From Corallochytrium limacisporum Hawaii (taxonomy: Eukaryota; Protista; Pluriformea), in NCBI GenBank assembly GCA_002811645.1, contig PDIP01000126.1:41226-105225 (forward strand): DNA of 64,000 nt, written 5' to 3'. Under the pieces are notes generated by a model. It made no database searches. It saw only the letters and a program-made list of their open reading frames with translations, and was not told the DNA's origin. A program made the translations under genes and the position numbers. Below, piece by piece: positions 11,961 to 22,100 of the stretch (positions are counted from its first letter, which is position 1; each line of letters starts with the position of its first letter).

Positions 11961-12942
11961 CTATTGAATCATTCGTACGTACGCCACAGCCACAGCCACA
12001 AGCACGGGAACACCCACAAGCACGACTTTCTCCACCACCGATGACTGTGACCAGGCTAGATAAGCATTTACGGCCAACGCTGTCGCCGGATCGCGCGGCT
12101 GGCCTGTCCAGTTCGGCTCCCGCTTTTCGATGAATGCACGCGTCACCTCCCAAAAGTCCGGCGTTCCGACCATCGATGCGAACGCTTGCTCAGAACGAGT
12201 CCAGTGCTGGCGCACGGTCCAGTGTTCCTCAATCCCTGTCGATACGTAGCTACGCGTTTCCGCTACCGCTAGCGGAGCGTTCGCAATGATTGCCTGCGCG
12301 AGTTCGACAGCGGAGGCAAACACGTTAGCATCCGGCCGCTGCTGATCAGCAGTGCCACTCGAGCCACCCTTGGCCTTCCAAACGATTCACCAATCCAAGC
12401 CGTTCCGCCCGTACCGCACTGATCGACTCGCCCGTGAGCAGGAGCTCCATAGCCACATTCTCTGGAATCTTGCGAGGTAAGCGGAAGAGACCGCCCGCAG
12501 CGGCCACCAATGAACGCTTCACCTCAGGCAGACCAAACTGCGCACGATCACTCGCAACGATAAGATCGCAGGCCAGAGCCATTTCGCAGCCTCCGGCCAG
12601 GGCTGGTCCATCGACGCACGCAATTATTGGTTTGCGCCGGTTTGGATGGAACACGAGGCCGCCAAAGCCTGCGTAGCGAGTACGAATGTCGGGATCTCCG
12701 CGGTTTACGGCCTTGAGATCAGCACCTGCGCAGAATGTCGTGCCGTTCGCTCGGAGAATGCCGACGCGTAGGTTGCGATCACGTTCGAAGCGGTCGATTG
12801 CGACTTCCATCTGCCGGCTGACGTCACCGTTGATTGCATTGCGCGCGGATGGACGATTGAGGGTGAACACCCCAATATGGCCTTGTGTCTCGTACAGGAC
12901 AAATGGCTCCTTGGCGGTGGAGGATCCGTGGCCCTTTCCCAT
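11961..12942 (-). CDS. Enoyl-CoA hydratase/isomerase (crotonase), bacterial-like, interrupted by a +1 frameshift at about 12349-12386, with a C-terminal tail anchor
   Basis: ORF 12942-12346 has TLNRPSARNAI, FCAGADLK, KPIIACVDGPALAGGCEMALACDLIVA, FGLPEVKRSL and ERLGLVNRL. The C-terminal crotonase part (AVELAQAIIANAPLAV...AFIEKREPNWTG) is in the adjacent frame and ends at 11961. The span is 982 nt (3n+1). It could be a pseudogene or an assembly indel. Confidence 0.85.
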
Positions 12943-14376
12943 GGTTTGCTTTTTGCTTGAATTGGTAAAGTCTTGAGGAAGTCACTTGGCTGCAAACTGA
13001 CCCTTGCGCCCAGAGCACTATTTTCACAAATGGCAGATCATTTGTTGGCTTACTCGTCATCCTTTGTTCTTCTACATGAATAGTTCAAGCACCAGAAACG
13101 TTCGATGTTAACGTTAATGCTACTGGGCTCCAATTCCCGTAGGAAAGAATAAGATAGACAGAAAGGGCCACACCAGAAGAACAAATACACTCAGCATTGG
13201 CTCTCCAATCACCCGTCCGAATCATCTTGTCCCCTGTCTAATTATTTTCGCTTTCAGTAATGATGACACGAGAGTCTCTTGCCGTGTAATTCGTGTGTGT
13301 CGAGCTGGTTTGGACGCTAGTCCTGTAGGGATTCAAATGCGCCTTGACATATAGCGATCTTTGCCCAAGGGTAGTGGTTCCCCTTTTCTTGCGAGGGTCA
13401 CAGTTCCCTGCACACTCATAGTGAACTCATCCACACTCACAATGGCTTCAGAAATTTTAACACTCAGAGGGCTCCGTGTCCGGTGGCGTAAACCGGGAGT
13501 GGAGCGTATTCATCAACGGAAGTGGAATATGGTACAATTGCAGGCATATTTGCTTTGCTTTTTGCAGTGGAAGAGAAGGAGAAAATAGTGGATACAGGGA
13601 GGATCTGAGGGAATTGTCCGCTCCGAAGAAAGCTCAAATGCTGCCTGTTCCACTCGCTACATGATAATGAGAAAATTGACGTTAGGTTTTCGATATCCAG
13701 AGCAACGGAATGGATAGTAAAAATTGAATCACAAATATTGGAGTGTCAAGACGACCGTAGGCATTCGGCGAAATCGAAAGTAAACAAGCTGACCATTAAC
13801 AAATCGATGGCATCGAATTCAGATAATCACCTCTACGCCATACATACACCAGGAATCATATTGAAGTTCTACTACTGTAACATAGCGGGAAATGTCACCG
13901 CAATTTGGCAAATGCCACAACTAGACTGTCTCTTATGTTTACATTGAATTGATACTATGAGCCAGCGCCCGAATTCAATGTAAATTGGTTTGGTACATGC
14001 TATTGAATCGGATTTATTCTTCAATATTATGTATTGACTCAAATTGCCTTCCCAAATCGTAGAGGGAAACCTTTTGTTCAATTAATGGGAGTGAGTAGCT
14101 TGTTACGTCGTGTGCATTGATAGCCAATGCAGCACTTTCTTGGCTACAGCAAGAGCAAGTGGCATGACTACAAATGCCGTAAATATTCGAAACATAATGA
14201 ATCATTCAGTAGGCTCTCCATGCCATCACAACGTTTTCTTCGATCGTGGTGGATGGCGGTTCCTAGTGTGAGTAATATCTGAAAGTGTAGGAATTATTAT
14301 ATTACGTAGTATCACAGTATCAAGTTACTAACGCTTCGCCCTTCCCCTGGCCGGGTTGGGGGTTCGGCTCTTTCTA

Positions 14377-15447
14377 CTAGGCCTGCTGACTGGCACCATC
14401 CTGTTCTACACATGGTTCATTGTCTGAAGCTCGGCGGCTAAAGCTTGATCGGCGGCTGTACCTCCAGGCAGAAATTCCGATGCCTGCGACAACAACGACC
14501 GCAACAGCGGCAACAATGACCACAAGGGTGCCTTGTTCTACACCTCCTGAGCTACTTGTTTCTTTCACAACAGTCTGAGACATCGAGCTTACTGATAATG
14601 GACTGAGGGACTGAGCTGTGGTCTTTGAATCCGTCACTAAGTCCCCGATTCCAGTGTAGGCCGTCACTTCAACGTCAGTTATTTCTGGACTACCTTCACT
14701 GGTGATCGTCTCTTGAGTCGCCACTGTGGAGATTGGACTCATCGTCATCGAAGGTCGTAGGGAAGGTGGAGCCGTTGGCGTGTACTGGTATGGCTGAGAT
14801 CGCTGCTGGGATGGTCGCTGTGTTGTTCGCAGAGGCTGCTGCTGGGATGGAGGACGTGTGCTTTTTGCCGCAGCTGAAGAGGACGCTGCCTGTTGTCTAG
14901 ACTTGTACTCCGCTTGCAACGAGGCACTCTGCTGTGCAAAGTACTGCTGTCTCTCTTCAGGGCTCATGGTTGCAGGATCCGGTGAAACACCGGATCTAAT
15001 TGGCTCTGGGTTTGATGAAGGTTGTGCTACAGGCCTGGTTTCCTGCTGCTGCTGCGATGAAGGTCGTGTGCTTCCTATTTCAACTGTGGAAATAGCCGCC
15101 TGTTGTCGCGATTGATATTCCGCTTGTATCGATATACTCTGTTCTGCAAAGAATTGCTGTCTCTCTTCAGGGCTCATAGTAGCCGGATCCTCGGTTTCGA
15201 CGGTGCTTGTTGAATCCGGTACTAGTGAAGGTTGCACTACACTGTTTTGGACCTGCAGCAGCTGCTGCTGCTGTTGTTGATATGGCCTGTGCTCCGGGTG
15301 CTGTTTCTCCGGGCCCAGATGCTGCGTTTCCTTGCCATCAAATTGTCTCCTTAGCAAGGCGTAATGCTGGTCATCATTGGCACCACGTTCACCATGAACT
15401 GAGCTGGCGGTAACAAGAGACAATATTAAAAATTTGAACCAGCGCAT
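14377..15447 (-). CDS. Orphan type I membrane protein: signal peptide, Q-rich region with two helical repeats, S/T stalk, TM helix, short basic tail
   Basis: 356 aa. N-terminal MRWFKFLILSLVTASSVHG signal peptide, internal duplication, TM LVVIVAAVAVVVVAGIGISAW followed by RYSRR (positive-inside). Confidence 0.8.
   Translation of the reverse strand: MRWFKFLILSLVTASSVHGERGANDDQHYALLRRQFDGKETQHLGPEKQHPEHRPYQQQQQQLLQVQNSVVQPSLVPDSTSTVETEDPATMSPEERQQFFAEQSISIQAEYQSRQQAAISTVEIGSTRPSSQQQQETRPVAQPSSNPEPIRSGVSPDPATMSPEERQQYFAQQSASLQAEYKSRQQAASSSAAAKSTRPPSQQQPLRTTQRPSQQRSQPYQYTPTAPPSLRPSMTMSPISTVATQETITSEGSPEITDVEVTAYTGIGDLVTDSKTTAQSLSPLSVSSMSQTVVKETSSSGGVEQGTLVVIVAAVAVVVVAGIGISAWRYSRRSSFSRRASDNEPCVEQDGASQQA
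14833..15189 (-). repeat. Two internal repeats of about 49 aa (period 210 nt) in the 14377-15447 protein
   Basis: DPATMSPEERQQFFAEQSISIQAEYQSRQQAA...STRPSSQQQ starting at 15189 aligns with DPATMSPEERQQYFAQQSASLQAEYKSRQQAA...STRPPSQQQ starting at 14979. The DNA block tgctgtctctcttcagggctcat occurs in both. Confidence 0.93.
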
Positions 15448-17743
15448 ATTGTCTCTATCATGCTTTTCTTCATATTCGGAATGAACTCATACGTGCACTA
15501 GCAGTAGATGATGATCAAGGCCACTGTTCTGACCGATCCAGAATGGAATACCTTCATCTGCTTCGCCATTCGCATTTCGACGGCAATGGCCCAGCCTCCT
15601 TGTTAATCAGCAATCCGATCCGTCCTCAGCCATGTTGGAGTCTTCCCTGGCAAGAACCAAACTCCCTTTCCACAGCTCTGAGGTTGGCAGGCAGGTGGCA
15701 AGTACAGCACTGTGCACTTCTATTCATCGCTGTAAGCTGCCTGATGTGGATCTGCCGTTTTCGCCCACTTGTTGCAGTTCCAACACTCTCAATATTCTGC
15801 TGCCTGCTCTTAGGGCTTCTTGTCCTGCGAGTCAGCGTGGGCCACTGAAACGCGTTGCCAAAACTTGCGGGTCGTACGACTTTCCACCTTTCGTCACCCC
15901 TCCCCCCCCTCCCCCCCCAGGGGGGGCCAAATCCAGCCCCCACCCCGCGGGTCAGCACGGAACGGTATATGCCAGTCCGTTGGGAAGGAGGCTTCCCATC
16001 TCCCTTCGGCTTGGTGATTCGCAAACTGCGATGAGGCTGCGCACTGAAAGAACGAAGAACATGCCTCCACTCCCTTCTGTGATTGTACTTTTGGATTAAT
16101 ATTCGTACAAAGCAGTTACTGTTTGGTGCAGAATAGATTTTTGATTCAACTATCGAATCAGTCCCTCTCTGGTGAGTGACCATTTGGTACGGCCCCCTGC
16201 CCCGCCCCCCTCGGAATGAAAAGGGGGGGGGTATGAGCGCAAATTGTGAAGCTAATTGGGTGGGGGATTTTTTTGGCAACCACAGGGGGAAAACTTTTTT
16301 TTCTCCTGCTTTGAAAGAGAGAGCTTGGACGTTGTGGGAGGTCCTCCTTTTGCTTTTCTTGCCGGTAGGGTGGGTGAAGCACCAAAGAAGGAAGGAAAGG
16401 GGGGCGGAGGAGTCCCTCTTGCTGCTATGGCACCAGACTCAGGAGTGTCATGGTATCTTCAGTACTTTAGGTATAGGGAATGGGGTGTATGCGGTAGCCC
16501 TGCTCGAGTGCGCCGCTCCCTATGGCAAAACCCGCGAAAAATACCCCTAGCAAACGGAAGCGCCCTGAGGGAGGACGCAACCACGATGAATCAGGCACGC
16601 CTCTCGGCCATACTTTATCTATGGAAAATATTGGGTATTTGCTGTGTGCCCATACCCAGGGTACTGCGGCAGTGGACAAGCTTTGTGTGCTTCGGGGGGC
16701 CGTGGGCATGCCTTAGATGGCAAGACCAGTTCCTCAATAGGGAAACAAGGGGCGAAATTTGCGTATTGTGGCCGGGGGACCGGAGTAGAGATTGTCCACA
16801 CGGAGCTGTGCTGAGGCGAGGCTAGCGATACACCAGGGAATAAGGATATTGTTGCGGTGCGGCATGCTTTGTTATGGCCACAATACGTGTATCGTATACA
16901 TTGTGTATGGTATGGTGAATGATTCGGATGGTACTGGCATCTACGACATAGCAGGTATGTGGTCCATTCTGATGATATGCCACAGTCGGGACGGGACTGG
17001 AGTTTTGCGGAACACTTGGCTTGCTATCAATAGTATGTGCGTACAGGGATCATAATCTACGCCAGCAGGGACGAAGCGAAATGTTATCGTTCCTAGGATT
17101 TTATTGCCGGTGCCATATTCGACGTTCCGCTCGCGCGCAATTTGCCCAGTCCTTGGGTATGTGCGCACCATCGCAAACGAGGCCGCGAATTCGCGCGTCG
17201 AAAAGTGCAAACTCGTCAGTTTGTTGCACCCCGTTACCCCCTCCCCCAATATATGGAAAGCGGTGCGTAAGGTTCATTCTCTTCCTATTCATCGCGGTTG
17301 TTATTTTTTTCCGCATCTGTAATCCACTTTTGGTGAGGAGACCAGCAAACGAGTGCGAGAAAATGAAGTTGGTACGGAGGAGCAACTAAGAAAACTGTAC
17401 GGTCGGGTGGAAAGGCGAGAGGGGTGTTGGGAGCCCCCCGGTTGAAGGGAGGAGGGGGGAAGGGAAAGTGTACTACTAATGGCTTTCTTCTTGTTCACTT
17501 AATTGCTCTCTCCTTACCCCTAAACTATTGCCAAACAAGCAAGTTTCTAACACTGGTTTCATGTTTGAAGACCAAACAAACAAACGAGTTTAAGAAATTC
17601 TTTACTGAGATGTACAATTGCAGGGGTCGGTGCCGATCATGGCATTGGAAAGTTACTTCAGGGATCCTTCCAGGTACGTACGGACATCTCGTATCAATCC
17701 CCAAACAAAGTAACCGGTTAAAGAATATATCACACACATAGAT

Positions 17744-18562
17744 ATGACAAAGAACACAATAGCATGGACTCTGAGTTTGGCCATGGTACTCAGTACCGCC
17801 GCTCAGGAAGATACTAGCGAATCTGGGACCACCACCACGACAACTTTCCCGTCACCGTCCACTTCCGAATCCCCCTTGGATGGAAATGGCAGCAACTCCG
17901 GATCGGATGCACAGAATCGTGGTCTGCTTGTGGCTGTTGTTATTTTGACCATTCTTCTAATCAATGCATTGGTGGTTATTGGAGTGTTAGTATACCGCAA
18001 GCACCGCAGCGACAGAAAAGATCAGTCCCACGGGAAACTGAGAGACGTGGAGGAGGCCGCGATCTTCTCCTCTTCGTCACCCAATTCCCAATGGCGCTGG
18101 GCTCCTGCTCCACCTGCAGTTGCGTCCCAATCTTGCAATGCAACAAACAGTCCCTCTGGAGCTCCGCTCCGCTCCACTGTTGCCACCGCCAGTGGCTCAG
18201 GTGCTATCTCCTTAAGCGATACCCAAAAATCCGGCCGCCCCTTACCGCAGATCCCGGCCTACCGCCCACCCACCCTGCCGAGCAAAATCCAGGACACCGC
18301 TGCTGCTGGCACTGGTTCTAGAGCTAGTGTAAACAATGGGGATGCTGTTATCAAGTTCAGCTCTGCCGAGGCCGAGTACGTCAACTGCAATGAATCAGAG
18401 GACGGTGCTGGTGAGTACTTTGAGGTTCCCGCTCCTACCAAGGTCCAGCTCGCCTCACTGCGCACCACCGCCTCTGTGTCTTCCTTGCGAAACACATCGT
18501 CGTCGAACACTGAATCCTACCGGGGACCATCGGCGGACTATCTTGCCGCTGTGGCTGAGTAA
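17744..18562 (+). CDS. Orphan type I membrane protein, transmembrane-adaptor-like (very short S/T ectodomain, long disordered tail with tyrosine motifs)
   Basis: 272 aa. Signal peptide MTKNTIAWTLSLAMVLSTAA, S/T-rich ectodomain of about 40 aa with an NGS sequon, TM GLLVAVVILTILLINALVVIGVLVY then RKHR. The tail carries RPLPQIP, EYVN, EYFEVP and DYLA. Confidence 0.8.
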   Translation: MTKNTIAWTLSLAMVLSTAAQEDTSESGTTTTTTFPSPSTSESPLDGNGSNSGSDAQNRGLLVAVVILTILLINALVVIGVLVYRKHRSDRKDQSHGKLRDVEEAAIFSSSSPNSQWRWAPAPPAVASQSCNATNSPSGAPLRSTVATASGSGAISLSDTQKSGRPLPQIPAYRPPTLPSKIQDTAAAGTGSRASVNNGDAVIKFSSAEAEYVNCNESEDGAGEYFEVPAPTKVQLASLRTTASVSSLRNTSSSNTESYRGPSADYLAAVAE

Positions 18563-18941
18563 GAAGACACGCAATGACAAAACACATTCGCGCACTCATT
18601 CAGCATCGTCCATCATGATCTCCGATGATCGTCGGTCTCTCTGTCCTCTCCTTTATCTGCATGTGTCGAAAGAGAGAAGGAAGAAGGGCGCAAGGCAAAG
18701 GAAGCAAAAATAACAAGAAGAGAAAACCCACAAGACTGGGACACGCACCGCACAACACTGCAGAGCCGTTCTTTCCTACACGGCTGTTTAGGGCCGTCAC
18801 AGCCTTCCGTCCCCGCTCATGCCGCCACGGCGTTATCGGGGGTGGTACTGGATTCTTTAGGTGTCCCCCCTTCCCCTTTGTAACAATAGTTAGCTCGTTA
18901 TCAAAGCATTGTGCCTATCATCTCGTACCGAAACAACCCTT

Positions 18942-19152
18942 CCCCCCCCCCGGGGGGGGGGACCGCTTCCGCCCGAAATGGGCCACATACATCAAAAATT
19001 GCCCCCCCCCCACACACACACGCCACATAAAATCCATACATATCCCCCCCCCCCCCCCCGGGGGGGGGGACCGCTTCCGCCCGAAATGGGCCACATACAT
19101 CAAAAATTGCCCCCCCCCCCACACACACACGCCACATAAAATCCATACATAT
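18942..19152. repeat. Near-perfect tandem duplication of about 105 bp (18942-19043 and 19044-19152), each copy starting with a CnGn tract
   Basis: Both copies read Cn-G10-accgcttccgcccgaaatgggccacatacatcaaaaattg-Cn-acacacacacgccacataaaatccatacatat and differ only in homopolymer length. May be an assembly artefact. Confidence 0.9.
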
Positions 19153-22100
19153 CTCAGTTTTTCATCGAAAGGGACCCCAGAACGGAGTACACGAAAAACA
19201 CAACCCCCCTCCCCCTTCTTTTCTTTTTTCCCCTCTACACAATTGATTACATATCGTTTTCAGCTCAGCCTAATGAAATCGAACAGAACTGATTTTATAT
19301 TTCTTAGATTCACAAATATATTGTAGAAAGTGTAACGTCCATGTTTTCTCCTGACCACAACGAGCTCGGAATCTAGGCTAAGCAGTTGGACCTCTCCCCG
19401 GGGCCCGTATAGCGCGCTCGGATGTTTTTGCTACAACGAAACCGCACACCCAAAGCCCGAGAGTTTAAAAAGAGAAGAGAGAGAGAGTAACACACACACA
19501 TGTGAAAGCCAGGATACCGCAAATAACGGGGAGCAGCCCTAGACTCCGCTTGTGATTCCAATTCAGCCATTTTTTAACTACTTGCGGTTCATTTCGTTCT
19601 CTTTCTGCATCTAAGACCACACCAGTTTGTACAATAGTTTCAATTTAAGAAGTTGGAATAGTTTCCCGCTAGTGGGTCCTTTTTGCCATCCTTGGAAATT
19701 CTCCATTTGAATCCGTTTCGTTCTGAAACATGGAAGGTCTTAGATACTCTCAGTAAAATTTGGGAGGGGGGGGGGTGGGGTGGGACCGGATGAACTGTGA
19801 TACCGGGGCCACTCATTCCAACGTCTCATGAACCCAGGTGCCCCCGGGGTACAGTCAGCAAGGAGGGATAGCGCATACCATCACCTTCATACGAAATGAC
19901 AAAGGTCTCCCGGTGGCTCTGGACCTGTATTTCCCGGTCTGGCAAACTGTCGGACAGGTCTTGAAACGGTGACGCGAAACGAAGCGGGAGATCAGAAGCG
20001 GATACCTTCAGCATACAAACTCAAGCGCACCCGCCAGCCAAAAATTCCTTGCGCACTCCTCAGAACAACAGCGGACAGCGGTGAGAACAGCGTAGTTGTC
20101 TACGAGTAGGACTCGGAATCTAGTGACTCACGCCCCCTTATTCAAACCCTCCCCCTTCAAAGCCGTCACTGCTGTCTTACACAAATGGACTTTTTGGGAG
20201 TGTTATCTTTAGCAAGGGCTCACTGGAGACGTGCATGATTCTCATTCTTGAGGAATACGTAGTGTGTGTCCTAGGTTTGAGTAATGCAACCATTCTCTCT
20301 TCACCTGAGACACATCAACTTGAGAGTTAGATGGGCAAGCCTACGAAGGGTGTGGAGATTGTTTACATTGAATTGCTAGCTCAAGGAGTCAATTTTGACT
20401 GCCACCTGAACGCATCCACCTCTGACCTCTCGGTTTGCCAAAGGCCATCCGTATAATTCTCTGTCCGAGGCGCTTGTGTGTCATCATCAGCACGCAACAT
20501 CAAGAGCATCAAAGAGGGGTATCAATGAATGGGACATCATGTTGAAGCCATTCACTGTTATCTGGGAATGCTCGGGCATGTGGTAGAAGTCTTGGATGCC
20601 AGATATGGATTGGATGTCGAGCTGCAGTAACACAGATACCGTAAAATAATGAGCTGCCCGGGACAGCAGGGAGTGGCGGATGAGCACTAGTCGTACAAGC
20701 GGTAGGAAAGGACTTGCCAATTTGCGTAACTATAATCTATATGCAATGTGCCTCTCTCGCGATTACGTTCTCGGTGATAGCAAAGCACGCCGCACATTCT
20801 GATTTTTCCACAGCCCAGCCCCCCCCCCCTCCCCTACCCTCACTTCCCCGTTCTCTCCGTGTCTGGCCATAGATACATGGGGTGTGCCTTTGCCCGGAAC
20901 AGAGATGAGATAGAACCAAAGCTTGTCACAGATTTTTTTATCGCTTTTTTTTTTCATTACTCGTCCCTACTGCGTCACTTGTAAATTATTTTTGTCTGGA
21001 GCACAGTAGGAGAGAAGGAAATCAAGAAGAAGGGTAGGGGGCGGCCGAAAGGTATGGAAGGAGAAGGAAAGAGGAACGTGCTTGTAGTAGATACACCAGG
21101 AAACAAGTACATGTCTGTAGAACATGGGGTTGCAAGGGTCGACTAAACTACTTCTGCCAATTACATTTTTTTGTTTTATTTTTAAATTCACTTTTTCATT
21201 TCTCGGCCTCAATCTTCCCTGTGTGCTGCTTACTGGGTTCCTTGGTTCTGTCTTCAACATATGTGGCATGACCTTTGTTTTACCAGAAACGCAAGGCCGT
21301 TCCATCTACACCACAATATGACTGCTTCTTTTGTTTCGCTGATTATGATATTTTGTGGTTTGGCTGCTGTGTGGAGGAACACTGCCGTGCGGACAGTGGT
21401 TGTGTTGGTGAAAGAGAAGCAACTCAAGCACCATTACCGCGGCAAAGATGTGGAAAATTCCACAAGTTTGTTCCGATTTGGGGTGTCTCATCTTCGGGGT
21501 CTCTTGTGTTTGCGTCCAGCGGAAGATCTCCAGCCCTCTCACCAGGTTCCCTTGCCTACTAAACGCTGAACCTGCTGAAAAGTGTGTTTCCTTCCTCGTG
21601 ACCCCTCCCTCCCCTTCGCCCGCATTCCATTGTTTTCTTCATGTTTCCAGCACGCCAATAAACTCCTAATGATTTGTGGCCGGCAGATCCTTCGAAGAAC
21701 ACCAAACATTCGCGTACTGTTGAACAGGCTCTGTCCATGCAGAAGACAAAATAAACGATTTTGTGAGAAACAACGGAAGTTTTCTCCGCTGATTGGGCTT
21801 CGCCACACTCCGAGCTGGACCCAATGGGTACCCCACGCGGTGCCAGTACGCACCCCGTACTCATCGACACCACAGAGAGCATCATCAAAACATGCGTAGA
21901 CCTTCGGTCAGCTAAACGGCTATTGCTCTTTCGAAAGGAAACAGATTCCAAAATTTGATCAACGCGCTTTGCAGGTTAGTGATCCTCTCACTTGTGGGTG
22001 GCATTTGTCGTATTTACGGAGGAGATTGAGGACAGCGAGGAAAAAGAGGAGAGAGTTTTCTGTGAACAACAACACGCACGTCCGGACACGGCAACAATGC

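Noticed and set aside
18942-19152. Tandem duplication considered as a mobile element or CRISPR-like unit
   Set aside because: Only two copies, no spacer and no terminal repeats. It begins at a CnGn tract like the duplicated gap flanks at 43.6 kb, so a gap-closing artefact is probable.
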